Shown here: positions 1-12,206 of the stretch, one piece after another
Layout: each line of letters starts with the position of its first letter
Position numbering within the stretch: position 1 is the first letter of the stretch
Assembly: GCA_001179505.1 (NCBI GenBank)
Contig: CDMY01000973.1
Span: forward strand, 124,001 to 188,000
From: Vitrella brassicaformis CCMP3155
Lineage: Eukaryota; Protista; Chromerida
Reading direction: 5' to 3'
DNA length: 64,000 nt
Translations under genes and position numbers: made by a program
Notes under the pieces: generated by a model
What the model was told of the DNA's origin: nothing
Database searches by the model: none
Seen by the model: the letters and a program-made list of their open reading frames with translations, nothing else

Positions 1-637
1 GTGTGTTGGTTGGTAGCGCACCAGCAGCAGCCATTCCTCCCTCTTCCCTTCCTGCCATAGCTGTGTGTGTGTCTATGTGTGTCTCGTCCTGTGTGCTCCT
101 CTGGCCGTGAGTGTTTTAACTGTCTGCCATCTCTCCACACGTACCCACCTACTCTAATGATACGCTCATGGACGAAGAAAATGATGGATGCCGCTGCGGG
201 CCGCCAAGGCCATATGAATGCTGCCTGTCTGTCTGTCTGTCTGTCTTGGCTGGCCCAGTGCAGTGCGATTCATGCAATGCTCACTGCCCTTGTGCAGCCA
301 GCCACAGAGTTGTGTGTCCGCCTTTGTGTGTGTGGATCGGCGCGACGAACCTGAGACACACACAGCAGCCCATCCCACATACACAGATGATCGTAACGAA
401 AGCAGCGTGTGGTGACCCTCGTCACTGCAGATTCACAAAATCCCTGCGTGGTTGATCTGGCCGTCCTCAGTCGACGAGGGCACGTCACAGTGTAGCCCCT
501 TAACACCGCGAGCTTTTTGGAAACCCTGCGAGCCAGCCCGGAGAGAGGAAAGAGGAAAAAAGCCCGCGCGTAAAGGGATGGCTGAAGACCGCATCCTTAG
601 TCGATGCCTCATCGTGAGGCCACTGGTCTCATCATCA

Positions 638-2485
638 ATGGCACTGCTGATCTATCAGCTGATCTGCACTGCTGCTGCATTCCAACCACCGCCCTCATAC
701 AGCAGACTGAGCGGCCTGCGGATGTCTTCACAGCGCGCAGACGCAGTAGCTGAAGCCAACACAGACAGGAGGAGTCTCGTCAAGGGCATTGCTGCTGCTG
801 GTGTTGGTCTGGGGCTGGTGGGCGGCAAGCGGGTGATTGACGGGCCCGTCTACAGCAACGTCGTCGACTTGAGTGGGGAGAACATCGTTATCACTGGGGT
901 GGGTGAGCACAGGACGGTGGTGATGAATCGCCTGCTGACCGGGGCGCACTTCGTTTGGTGTTGGTTGGTGCAGGGCAACACTGGGCTTGGGAAGGCCGCT
1001 GCTGTCCGCCTTGCAGCTCTCGGTGAGAAGCGATGGACCCCTCACTTCACACGATGTGTCGTGCTGTGCTGTGTGTGGATGTGCTGCCGGTGTTGTCACG
1101 TGCAGGTGCTGCGGTTACGATAGCCTGTCGGTCTCCATCCAAGGCCGAGGCGGCTGTCAAGGACATCCAGCAGGCCAGCGGGTCATCAGCTGTCGATGCC
1201 GTCCCCCTGGACCTCACGTAAGCATCAGCCACACCGCTCTGCTGCCGACTAGGATGCCATCAGGGCAGGGCTTCCCCCCTGTTTGTGGGTGTGCAGTGAT
1301 TCCTCGTCGATTGCGTCCTGTGCGAGAGAACTGTCTGGCCGTCTGGGCAAGATTGACGTGCTGATGAACAACGCTGGCGTGATGGCCATTCCCAACAGAG
1401 AGACCACCGCAGACGGATACGAGAAACAAATGGGGGTGAGTGAGTGAGTCTGTCAGCAAGGAGGCGACGCATAGCATCCGGCGTCATTGCATATTCTCTC
1501 TTGCCCGTCTGTCCGTCCGTTTTGAACAGATCAACCATCTGGGTCACTTTCGCCTCACCAGCCTGGTGCTGCCCCTGCTGGCCGCCGCCTCCACACCACG
1601 AGTCGTCAACGTGTCCTCCAAGGCACACACTCTCGTAAGCACCATGCCTGACCTGACAGACTGACGCATGGGCGAGCCACCGGGTGAGAATTCGGTCTCC
1701 CCTTTCCCCTTTCTCTCTATCAGGCCAAGCTTGACTTCAGCGACTTTTTTCTGACGAAGGACTATGACCCCTGGGTGGCTTACGGCAACAGTAAGCTGGC
1801 CAATATATTGTTTACCAAGCAGCTCAACCAATGGGCCGCAGAGGGCAGCCTCGGCAACGCCGCGGGCAACCTCCGGCAGCTCACGGCCGTGAGCTGCCAC
1901 CCTGGGCTGGTGAGAACTGAGCTGGGGCGGTACTTCTTCAACACGGACAACATTCCCCTGTTCCCGTTCGGCTGGCTGCTCACCCCACTGCTCATCCCTG
2001 GGTGGGAAATCAAGCTAGAAAGGGCAATGGATGGGTGTGGGCGGTGTGTTGGTTCCATTCCATCTCTGTGCACACTGTGTGTGTGTGCGGTCTGCGTGGA
2101 ATCAGGATCTACGCGAGTCGGTCGCCCGAACGCGGTGCGCAGACGCAGATCTACTGTGCGGCTGAGCCCACACTGCAGGTCACTTCAGTGACAATGAAGC
2201 AAATGAGTGTCTCTCGTTGATCAACCGAGTACCTGCTTCTGGTGCGCGTGTGTGTAGGGAACAGCTGGGGGCGAGTATTTCGAGGACTGCCACATCAGTA
2301 CTCCGTCAAAAGACGCAAGGGATCGACAGGTGCGGAGAACGGACTGGTGCGTTCCCTGTCACTTGTGTGTGTTGATGGAATGGCCTGCTGTGTGTGATGT
2401 GATATGTTGTGTTGTTGTTGTCAAGATGGCGGCGCGGCTGTGGGAGGTGAGCGAGAAGCTGACAGGGGCCTCATGGAACGCATGA
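638..2485 (+). CDS. Short-chain dehydrogenase/reductase (retinol dehydrogenase-like SDR), probably plastid-targeted; multi-exon
   Basis: Spliced translation gives TG|GNTGLG (TGxxxGxG), NNAG, HLGHF, YGNSK (YxxxK), CHPGLVRTEL and terminal ARLWEVSEKLTGASWNA*. Leader MALLIYQLICTAAAF|QPP is a signal peptide plus a Phe-starting transit-like segment. An in-frame upstream ATG lies at 578. Confidence 0.9.
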
Positions 2486-3279
2486 CTGACACGACAGAGC
2501 GATGCTGCGATGGATGGATGGATGGATAGATGAGATACTGAGAGGTCGCTGAGAAGAGGAGTGTCAGAGAGATATCGTTTTGGGTGGGTCAGCCATACTT
2601 GTGCAGCACTTGTGAGGGGTGGTTTGTGAATGAAGACCTACACTGTAGGTGGAAGAAAATCTCAGGGTGCGGTCTGCACGTGATGTCAGAGACTTGACAC
2701 CAGAGAGAGGTGAATTCACCGCTTCATTCGTCGGCTCAGCAGTCTGTCTGTCGCGTCACGACAGAAAAGCACGCATCCGTCCACCCACCCGCATACAGAG
2801 CCTCACTCTTCAGACAGACAGTCTGCTTTGTTTACACCGATATGTGTCTTTCGGCTGATAGCACCACATCGACCAACCCTAGGCCTCAAGGTGATCGGTG
2901 AGTTGCAGCAGCCGAAAGGCACATGCTGGTGCACAACAGCACGTATATGGTCCGACAGACTGGGTCATGAGAAGAAAGAAACACCCATCTCTCTCCGCGA
3001 GCATTTCTCAAGCCAAATGTCCCCCTCCCACACAAGCAGCGGCCCACACACATGGCATGGCATCAACAACACTTGCTGTCACACTTGTGCAGCGAGCTCT
3101 TCATCATGCGCACGAGAAGGGAAGACAAGTGGCTGCAGACCCAAGTCACGGCCTGCCGCCTCTTTCCTCTCCATCTCGTCCGCATGATGGAGAGCTCGCT
3201 GAAAGAGCACAACAGCATGTGAGCATGAAGGGAAACAAACGCCGATCTCTCATACTCGCTCCAGTCGCGGGCAGCATCG

Positions 3280-4158
3280 TCACCATCTCGGGCGGTGGTT
3301 GCAGTACCCGAATGGGTTCTTGAAGAGGTACATCTGGTGGTAAATCTCTGCCCGCCAGAAGTCGTCAGGCTTGGCGCTGACGATCTCGGTCACGATGGGG
3401 CTGCTCCACCTGGCCTGCATCTCCTCCTTGACCTTCTCGGCCGCCGCCTTCTGCTCGTCGGAATGCACAAAGATGGCCGACCGATACTGCGGACCAACGT
3501 CGTTCCCCTGACACACAGGAAGTAAGAGAAGACACACATGGCTCTTTCCCTGTGTGTCCGTGTGTTGTGGTGGTCAGCCGCCCAACTCACCTGTCTGTTG
3601 GGTGTGGTAGGGTCATGGATGCGGAAGAGGTACTCGCACAGCTGCGCGTAGCTGACCTTGTCGGGGAAGTACTCGATCTGCAGGGCCTCGGCGTGGCCGG
3701 TGGTCTTGGAGCACACCTCCTCATAGGTGGGGTCGGGCTTGCTGCCGCCCATGTACCCCACCGATGTGCTCTTCAGCGCTGCCCCAAACTCATTGCGGAA
3801 GAACCTACACATCACGTCCCATCACATCACATCACATCACACGGGGAGGCTATGGCTCCTGCGCTCAGATCACTGACTTTTCGATGCCCCAGAAGCAGCC
3901 GCCAGCGAAAGACGCGTACTCCGAAGGCGCATCCTTGTCAGCGCCCTCCACATAGTTTGGCGCGGTGGCAGGCTTGCGCTCGTCGACTCCCAGGAAGGCC
4001 GCCATCAGGGGTGTGGTCGTGAGTGCTCGCCTGAACGGGCGGAGTGCGGCAGGGGACTGCTGCACGAGCCGCTGCAGCGACTGTGAGGAGGGAAGGGTGA
4101 AGGAGAAAGATGGGCTGAGTGCGACGGACAGGGCTACGCAGATCTTCAACGAACTCAT
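3280..4158 (-). CDS. msrA: Peptide methionine sulfoxide reductase A with signal + transit peptide
   Basis: Motifs FAGGCFWGIE, VGYMGG, PTYEEVCSKTTGHAE, HDPTTPNR|QGNDVGPQYRSAIF, AEIYHQMYL..GYC. Leader MSSLKICVALSVALSPSFSF then an S/R-rich segment. Confidence 0.95.
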
Positions 4159-4415
4159 CGCATTCCTTCCTGTTGCCGTGTTGGTAGTCTTTTGCAGCCG
4201 CGACGGTTCGTGTCTTTGCCTCGCAGAGTTACGGGCTAAAGTCCGTTTCGCCTTCTTAAAACGGAAGTCCATGCGGCTGAGGACTGAAGCGGCTTCTGTT
4301 CGCTATCGTGGCCTTCCCTTCCCATAGGCCGGCCTCGAGCACGATGCATTGTTGATAGCCATCGGCAGTCTTAGCTACCGCGCAACTTGTGGTTCCGCTT
4401 CCCTCGGCCTCTACA

Positions 4416-5899
4416 ATGACCGACAGGATGGCTCAAGTTGCGGGAGAGATACAGTGGGGCGTCCCGGCGTACCCCCTTCATCCCATTCCCACCTCCAGCC
4501 ACCAACCTGAACCCAACGGGGTTCTTTCGCAGCCCCCCGCCATTTCGCGTGCCATCTACGAGCAGTACGCTAGCTACCAGGCCCTTGCTGACCTCTACGG
4601 TGGCCTGCCCGTCCCGCAGAATCCCCCCCACCTCCTCCCCAGCCCCCAACCGCACACACGCAGCTCCCCGGCCAGTGACGCCATCGGCACGGCGAGTTCG
4701 TCCTCGTCTGCACACCAGCAGCAGGTGTGGCGGATGCCTAGCGGGCATGAGATCGCTGCGGCGCACAGCTTCCACCGCGCTGTGGAGGCCATGCAGGCGG
4801 GAGCCGGGGAGGGCAGCAGCGCACTTCTGCAGACGGACCATCCGGCTCCCGGCCGTCATCTGCAGCTGGTGTCGGCCATCCAGCAGCGAGAGATGGCCGA
4901 CGAGCCACACCCACACCCACCCCAGGCTGCGTCCGATGACCACCAAAACCACCACACCGGTGCCGGCAGTAGCAACGGTAGCAACAAGCGCCCCCTCACC
5001 GAAGAGGAGGTGCCCGAGTCGTCGATGGCGGTGCAGCCGTACGAGATGCCGGCGTTCAAGCCGTTTGACGGCGAGGCGCCGGTGCTGGTGCAGGGGGTGC
5101 TGCGCAACAAGCGGATCGAGATCCGCAAGGCATACCTGCAGCTGGAGGAGGAGGTGATAGCCAAGTACATGTCGGATGCGGAGCCGGCGCAGCTCGTGTC
5201 GCGACTGGTGCGGGAGAACCGGGATTGGGTGTTCGGGCTGTACAGTAGGAGCTTCCCAGGCTGGAGATCTGGCGGCGATAAGGCCAGAAAGTAAGAAGAG
5301 AACCACGGACGGGCCCTCAGATGTGTGTGGGTGGACACGTGTGTGTGTGTGTGTGTGTGTGCAGGTTGCGTCCGGTGTGGTGCCGTCACGTGGAGATCAA
5401 CACCACGTACGCGGTGGTGGACAACTCGAGCGGCGGCATCATCAAGGCCCACAGCAGCCTCAAGTACCTCCCCACTCCGCCAACCGCCCACACCTTCGTC
5501 TGCGTCAAGCACATCGAGTGCAAGCCCATCCAGGACAGTCAGATGGAGGAGGCCCGCGAGAAGGGCATGCAGGTGCTGCAGCCCAACCCGATGGTCAAGA
5601 TGGCCATCGTCGTGGTCCCACACGAGGAGCGGAAGCCCAACCACAACTTCGCCGTCACGGTAGCGACGCTCAACCAGGAGATCGCCATGAAGCAGGCCAA
5701 GAAGCGATACGGCACGGCCAAGAAGCTGGCGGGGTCATCGGGAGGGAGCAGCAAGGGGGAGGGTGGTGGAGAGGACCAGGGCATCGAGCACCCCATCACA
5801 GTGCCCCACCCGTCCCTCTCCCTCCTGGCCGGCCTCCCGCCCCTCGCACCCCCGCTCAACCTCCCAGGTGTGGGCGGCTTCGCAGAGCTCGCCATGATC

Positions 5900-5933
<34 letters not shown>

Positions 5934-6112
5934 AGGAACAGCCCACCACCGGCAGCAGCAAGCGGCGCCGGAAGGGTGGGGGCAGCGGGAGCAAGCGCGA
6001 GGCGGCGTTGGCGGAGTTGGCGCAGGAGGTGAACGTAGCTGAAGCGATTGGCGGCGTGAAGGTGGAGCAGGCGGATGCTGCCGCCAATGGGGAGGAGGGG
6101 CAAAACACTTAG
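4416..6112 (+). CDS. Hypothetical protein with P/Q/H-rich N-terminus, central globular region, polyQ and NLS-like motif
   Basis: Two long ORFs joined in frame by intron 5291-5364 (GTAAGA...TGCAG). GC3-biased codons, Q12 tract and SSKRRRK. Confidence 0.8.
5900..5935 (+). repeat. Coding CAG/CAA repeat (Q12)
   Basis: cagcagcagcagcagcagcaacagcagcagcaacag in frame in the 4416-6112 gene. Confidence 0.9.
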
Positions 6113-7052
6113 GATAAGGTTGACGAGAGGCGGGGTGCGGTGGTGTGGGGTGTGGGTATTGTAGAGATGGGGTGGGGTAGATGCGTCCATTGCCTGAGAG
6201 AAAAAGGGACTGACTGCCTGCCTGGCTGGCTGGCTGGCTGAGGAGTGGCGTCATGTCGTGTCATGACTGGTGAGGAGGTGTCATGACTGCCTGCTGCATG
6301 CAGATACACCTGTATGATCGATATGCCATACCATGCTTGCCTGGATGTATGGATGGATGGATGGATGGTTTTTTGAATGCCGCTGTCTGTCTAATTATTG
6401 GTTGACTGACTGAGTGGCTGCATACCATATGGTATACGCTGGTGTCACTCACTTGTGCAGACGTGCGGGGCGTGCGCTTGATGATTTGTTTGGCCGACTG
6501 ACTGACTGACTGACCGACTGGAAGGAACCGCTTGGGTGTTGAGATGAAAACCAATGCATCGCACAGACGCGGGATCAAGCTGATGGGGTGGGTGGTGTTC
6601 ACACGCTTGTCTTTCACCTTCACCTACTAGCCCACACACCGATTCCCCCCACTTTTAGGAAGGCTAGCGACACACATAAATGCATAAATGCGCTCACTCA
6701 TTGACACACACACACACACACACACTCGGGCGTATATACACATGGGGCTGTGGGTATGCAGTCGATCAGCAAAAACGCGACTCTACAATCCACAAAGGGA
6801 TGGAAAACTCACACAACACTGCGCATACACGTGTACGCACCTCTCTCGGTCTGCAGTGAGCGCCTCTTCGAGGCCTCACGCACACTCCGCCCCCTCTGTG
6901 TGCACACAGCACACTGACACACACACAGAGGGGGCACAGATGAATGTCTCCCCAATCGACTCGACCCCCAGGAAGCACAAAAAGCCCTCCCTCCAGGTAG
7001 CAAAAAGCAAGTTTTGAGCAAAAGAGAAGAGCTCATCGAGATCTCCTCCATG

Positions 7053-10000
7053 TTAGCCGAATCTGAAGACCTCGAGCATGAGGTGCATCCTGCCGTTGCA
7101 CCAGCCGTCCGCCTGCGTGAAGCGCCACGCCTCCTGCGCCATCGCCTCGGGGCCGCACACAAACACACCTACGCACACACACACAGACAAACACGCCGAC
7201 CATCCACACACAAAGGGGTGTGGTGTCGCCAGCTCACCGATGTGTTTTGGTGGGTGAGGTGAGGTCTGCAGCTTCTCGGCTGCCTGTGTGAGGAAGTCCG
7301 TGAGATTCCCCCTCCCCCGCTGCACACGCGCGTCGCCCTCGCCGTTGAGCGCGATCAGGTCGCTGTCGGTCGCTTCTTTGTTGGTCAGAAAAAAGCCGCA
7401 CCTGACACAGACAGACAGACAGACAGGCAGACAGACAGGCAGACAGACAAGGAGGATGGGTACTAAATGTGGTTGTGTCGTGTTTGCTGTGTGGCTGGCT
7501 GGCTGGCATACTTGTCTGTGGGGATGTGCCTGAAATGGTTGGCCATCACGTCGAACATGCCGGCGTCACGGAATGACCAGTACGCACAGCCCACCTGACA
7601 ATCATACACACACACACACACACACACACATGGGGGGGCGAGCTTGACTCATCCACCATTTATTCTCTCTCTGCGTTCACCAACGCCCTGACCACCGACC
7701 GACCTTCTGTGCGTTCAGCGTCGCGACAACGGATGCAACAGCCGTGACACCAGAGCCGCCCGCAACGAACAATATCGCGTCATAGTGCTTCATCTTCTGC
7801 TCAAAGCTGTGGCCATACGGCCCCCCGATGGCAACGAACGGCATCTCCACCCCTTTTGCCTCTCCCCCTCCCAATCCCCCGGCCCCCTCCCTCGCCCTCT
7901 CCTGCTTGTCCTGCAGCAAGGCCACCTTCTCCGCCAGTGCGGGCGTGAAGGCCTTGTACAGGCCGAGACGCTTCTTGGGGTCCATGACCTTGACGAGGAG
8001 AGCGAACCTGCCGTCGACAGTGGGTGGCGGGAAACCCTCCCCCTCTCCCTTTCTGTGTGCTGCCGCTGTCGTCTCGTCGAGGACAGGGACGATGCTGAAG
8101 GGGTGAGAGATGTTGCTGATGGATGGCATGAAGAGGGAGCACCACTGGCCCGGCCTGTGGACGAAGCCGCGCTTCTCGATCTGCAGGTAGACGGAGCCGT
8201 CGACCACTCGTGGGGGGCAGGAGGGGTCCAGCTGAGATCTCTGGTAGGTGACCGACATGATCGCCTCATACAGGTAATCGAGGACCACCAACGCCGTCGC
8301 GGCTGACATGGAGAGAGAGAGCAAGCCATCCTTCTCGCATCTGCCTGTCTGCCTGTCTGCCTGAGTGTGTGTGTGTGTTGCCTACCCAGTACGAGGTAGG
8401 AGAGGTTCCTAGCGTCTTCCCTCCAGGTGTCGCCGCCAACGTCTAGATGGAGGGCGATGAAGATGCCCGCTAGAGGCATCAAAGAGTGGAACTGCCGGAA
8501 CACGGCATACGCCGGCACCCGCATGAAGCCCGTCAGCACAGCCACCCACAGAATCGCACCTGCGCCACACACACACACACACACACACACACAAGAGAGA
8601 GAGAGAGAGGGACAGAGAGAGAGAGACGAATCGGTGAGATGAGCGATGGGGAGCGGTGGCAAAGGGACTGACACACCGGCAATGATGCCCCACAGGAAGT
8701 TCTGATCCAGTTCCTCGATCAGGATGATGATGAAGTGGACGACGGTGAAGTAGGCGGCGATCAGGGAGAAGAAAATGTGGTACTTGAGCGATCGCTCGAA
8801 CCCAAGACCAAACGCCACGGGATTCAACGTCATCTACACACACACGAGGTACTGGATGGTGTGTGTGTGTGTCTATGTGTGTATGTTGCCAACGGACCTT
8901 TCTCGGTGTGAGGAGCAGAGCCGTCGTGAGTGCGAGTGCCGTCCCATGCTGAATCGCGAAGCCGATCGACTGAACAAGACACGCAGGCCACGCACAGGCG
9001 AGGTGGGATGAAAGTGGGTGAAGGTCGGGCGGGTGTGTGGTGCTGAGCTGGGCTGAGCTGAGCTGAGCCACCGACCCTTCTGGCTGTGAGGGCGTCCCTG
9101 AGCTCGTTGTACTGGTGAACCACCATATAGACGATGCAGGCCGAGATGCCGCCGACCACAAACACACCTGATGATTGATGCGATGCCACACACGCACACG
9201 TCGCCCACCGGACATTCGCTGGCTGGTGCGTGGCTGCATCCGTCCCGCGCTGTCCTTCCTCACTTGTGAGAGACATGGAGCCAAACGTCTCCAGATACTC
9301 GTAGCCAGATCTGAGTCCACACACAAACGTGCTTGCGCGCGCCCTCCCACAGGTGACTCACTTGGGCGGTGCGAAGAGTGGCCTGGTGAGGATGGCCCGG
9401 AGCCTGTTGGTGGGCGGCAGGAGGTGCAGCAGCACCCCCAGCACCAGCACCGAAACCAACACGATCAGGTACACCCACAGCGGCCAATTGGTCGACTCCT
9501 CCACCTACGATTGTGCGGGGACGGGACGGACACAGCAGGCCATATATCATCTGTTTGCACCGCATAGGTCAATGAATGGTCTCTCCGTGGTGCTCGCTTC
9601 GCTTACGGCTGGGGCGTCAGTGACGGTGAAGCCCTCACCGACAGACGGCGGGAGGGTGTCAATGGTGGGGTCATCTTTCGCAAGGGCAAAGTCTGTCACG
9701 GGCGCCTGAGCCGAGATGCCCTTGCGGTTCCTGAACACACACGCACGCACAATCCATCCACCCATTGTGGTGTGTGTGTGTGTGTGTGTGGTGGGTGCAG
9801 GGGCTGTGCCTGCCATCCATTGTCTGTGTGAAGCTCACTGGAATGCTGGTCTCACGAAGATGCGCGTGGCGTTCTCGACGGGCATCGATTCTCCCTGCAG
9901 CGGCAGCACAAAGAAGCTCTTGTCGCGGCCAATCTAAGAAGCACAAGAGGGCAGAAACAAGAATCTAAGGAGCACAGGAGCCCAGGAGGACAAAGCCGTC

Positions 10001-10923
10001 CCGTTGACCTACCGAGAAAGTGAATCGGTCCGACTCTCCACTGTCAAGCTCGAAGTAGACCTCGAACCGCCCGAAGCACACACACGTGTTGTCCCAGGAA
10101 GGATAAGCACCCAGATTCACCCGGGCCTGCACCAACCTGCACACAATTATCCCAACAATCAGTGGTGCAGCGAAGCGCGACTGGCCAGTCTGTCTGCAGA
10201 CCCACACATCGCACACGTGCACCCACCCTGAGTCGACGGAGGTGACGAGTCCACCACCAGGGACGGCCGGGTCATCGAAGGTGCACGACGGCTTGGGGGT
10301 GGTGTCGTCGCGCTCCGAGGGATGAGAAATGTCGTCAGTTGCGTCCCTGTGAGTGAGGAGATAGAGGTGCGGCGTGTGTGTTGTTGGTTGATCTGATTGC
10401 CTGCCTGACGGGCTGCTGACAGACCTGATGTAGGCTGGGTTTCGGCCACCATTGCTCTGGAACACACAGCACGGGTCGCCCAACTCATCGCCGTTCGTCT
10501 TCAAGTCGCCGTCGGTGTCTTTCTGTCAATCCACAAGCAAACCACACACAGGCACCGTATCTTCTCCTTGCCTGGAGTGGTGTATGGTCCTACTTCGCAC
10601 AGTGCAGTGGTCCATGAGGGAACGCAGCTCAGCGGCTCCACGTCACCACAGCTCAACGACACCACATCATTGCCAAACTGATCGATGAGCAAACCAAAGC
10701 AAACAGACAGACAGACACATGACGAGGTCCAACCAGTGCTTGTTTCGCTTACATCGTTGAAGTTCGGTCCACTGCCGCAGCTGGGGTGCGTGATGCCACG
10801 GCAGCCAGGTGGGTATCTGGGCACAATTCTGGTCTCGTAACCGGTATACCCCTCACACCTCCAACACCTCAGCAGCGGCAAAACCAGAAGACTCCCAACC
10901 CACGAGCCAAGTGCACGAGCCAT
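7053..10923 (-). CDS. Ferric reductase/NADPH-oxidase superfamily flavocytochrome with a signal peptide and an extracellular temptin-like domain
   Basis: Four heme His (LKYH..VVH; RQFH..ALH), FAD motif PGQW..SHPFS, NADPH motifs IGGPYG and FVAGGSGVT, and C-terminal VFVCGP..EVF. The N-terminus has a signal peptide and WTTALCE|KDTDGDLKTNGDELGDPCCVF..SHP. Exons were traced through GT-AG introns; one or two middle junctions near 10000-10230 are ambiguous. Confidence 0.88.
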
Positions 10924-11108
10924 TCTTCTCGGGAGCTTAGGGCTCCAGCTGCAACAGCTTCAAAAGCACCTCGCCAAGCGTCAATCTTGGTGCGAATATC
11001 AATGCTTTCAGGCCTCCGTCTTTCGGCTAAGCTCGCAGTTTCGAGCTCGCACGCTAATTGGAAAGCTTCTCGAGAACGCCACATCACAGCTAGATTCACG
11101 TTGTCCCG

Positions 11109-12206
11109 ATGGCCGCAGTGGCGATGAGTCCCATGAGGACAACGCTGCCATATGACTCGCTGCCTGAGGACCTCGTGACGATGATGCTGGCCTTCCTGGA
11201 CGTGGACTCGCTGATGCGCACCCGCAAGACGGACCGCCACCACCGCATGCTGCTCGGCGTGGCCTACCTGCAGCTCCGGCTGTCCCTCGTGGTCAGCAGC
11301 CTCACTCTTGCACTCGGCCACACATTGGACATCCCTCTGCCGCAGCTGCCACTCCCTCTTGCACTGAGCGCCGTCTCTGCAACGACCATGGTGATCCGCG
11401 GGCTGGCGCGGCGACTCTGGATGCTCGAGAAGGGCGGTCGTTGGGCTCGGTGGAAGGCCATTCTCGAGATGGTCTTCTTCATGCGGGGTCGGAAGGTTGT
11501 GGTGCTGGGCGATGAGAGCTTTGGGGTGTTCAGCCGGCGGGAGGCCTTCCTGCGGGCCCCGGAGGCGGTCAGGCAGTGGAAGATGCTCAGCAGAGAGACG
11601 TGTGTGTACCATGCGACGAGCGATAGCACCAGGCCACTGATGAGCGGCGACGGGATCATGCGCTTTTACACCGACCCCTACCGACAGCCCACTGTGCGCG
11701 CCACTGCCAGCCCTATGTTCCCTTGCGGCTTTGACCGCACCGATCCCACCTCTGAGATCGACGGCCGCACGTACGTCACATACTCCAACCTGATCGCCTT
11801 CAACCTCATGCTGTGCATCATGCGCCTTCGCCCCGCCGTCTACCGCCACCAGTGGACCACAACCGCCACTGAGTCGGCCGCTTTCCAGCGGGCGACCACA
11901 ATGATGCGCGAGGGGTTCGAGTCGACCGACACGCTGCTCCCGGGAGTGCACCAGATCTCCTACAACATGAAGCGCGTGATGCTGACAAATGGGATCGAGG
12001 ACGGGTTCATGGCGTTTGTGCAGATGATGCAGTGGACGTCGATGATCGGCAGGTCGATCCAGGTGGACGTGCTGACCAGCGAGGGCGCGCCGTACGCCGT
12101 CACACGCGGTAGGCTGGATCGCGTGATGGGCGACGTGTTGGGGGATGAGGTTTGGGTGAAGGGCAAGAAGTACAGGGAGCGCAGGTTCTGGGAGGAGGTC
12201 GGGTGA
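11109..12206 (+). CDS. Intronless F-box-like protein (resembles a lineage-expanded Vitrella family)
   Basis: Single 365-aa ORF. N-terminal DSLPEDLVTMMLAFLDVDSLMRTRKTDRHHR fits the F-box consensus LP.E....I...L. Confidence 0.75.
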   Translation: MAAVAMSPMRTTLPYDSLPEDLVTMMLAFLDVDSLMRTRKTDRHHRMLLGVAYLQLRLSLVVSSLTLALGHTLDIPLPQLPLPLALSAVSATTMVIRGLARRLWMLEKGGRWARWKAILEMVFFMRGRKVVVLGDESFGVFSRREAFLRAPEAVRQWKMLSRETCVYHATSDSTRPLMSGDGIMRFYTDPYRQPTVRATASPMFPCGFDRTDPTSEIDGRTYVTYSNLIAFNLMLCIMRLRPAVYRHQWTTTATESAAFQRATTMMREGFESTDTLLPGVHQISYNMKRVMLTNGIEDGFMAFVQMMQWTSMIGRSIQVDVLTSEGAPYAVTRGRLDRVMGDVLGDEVWVKGKKYRERRFWEEVG

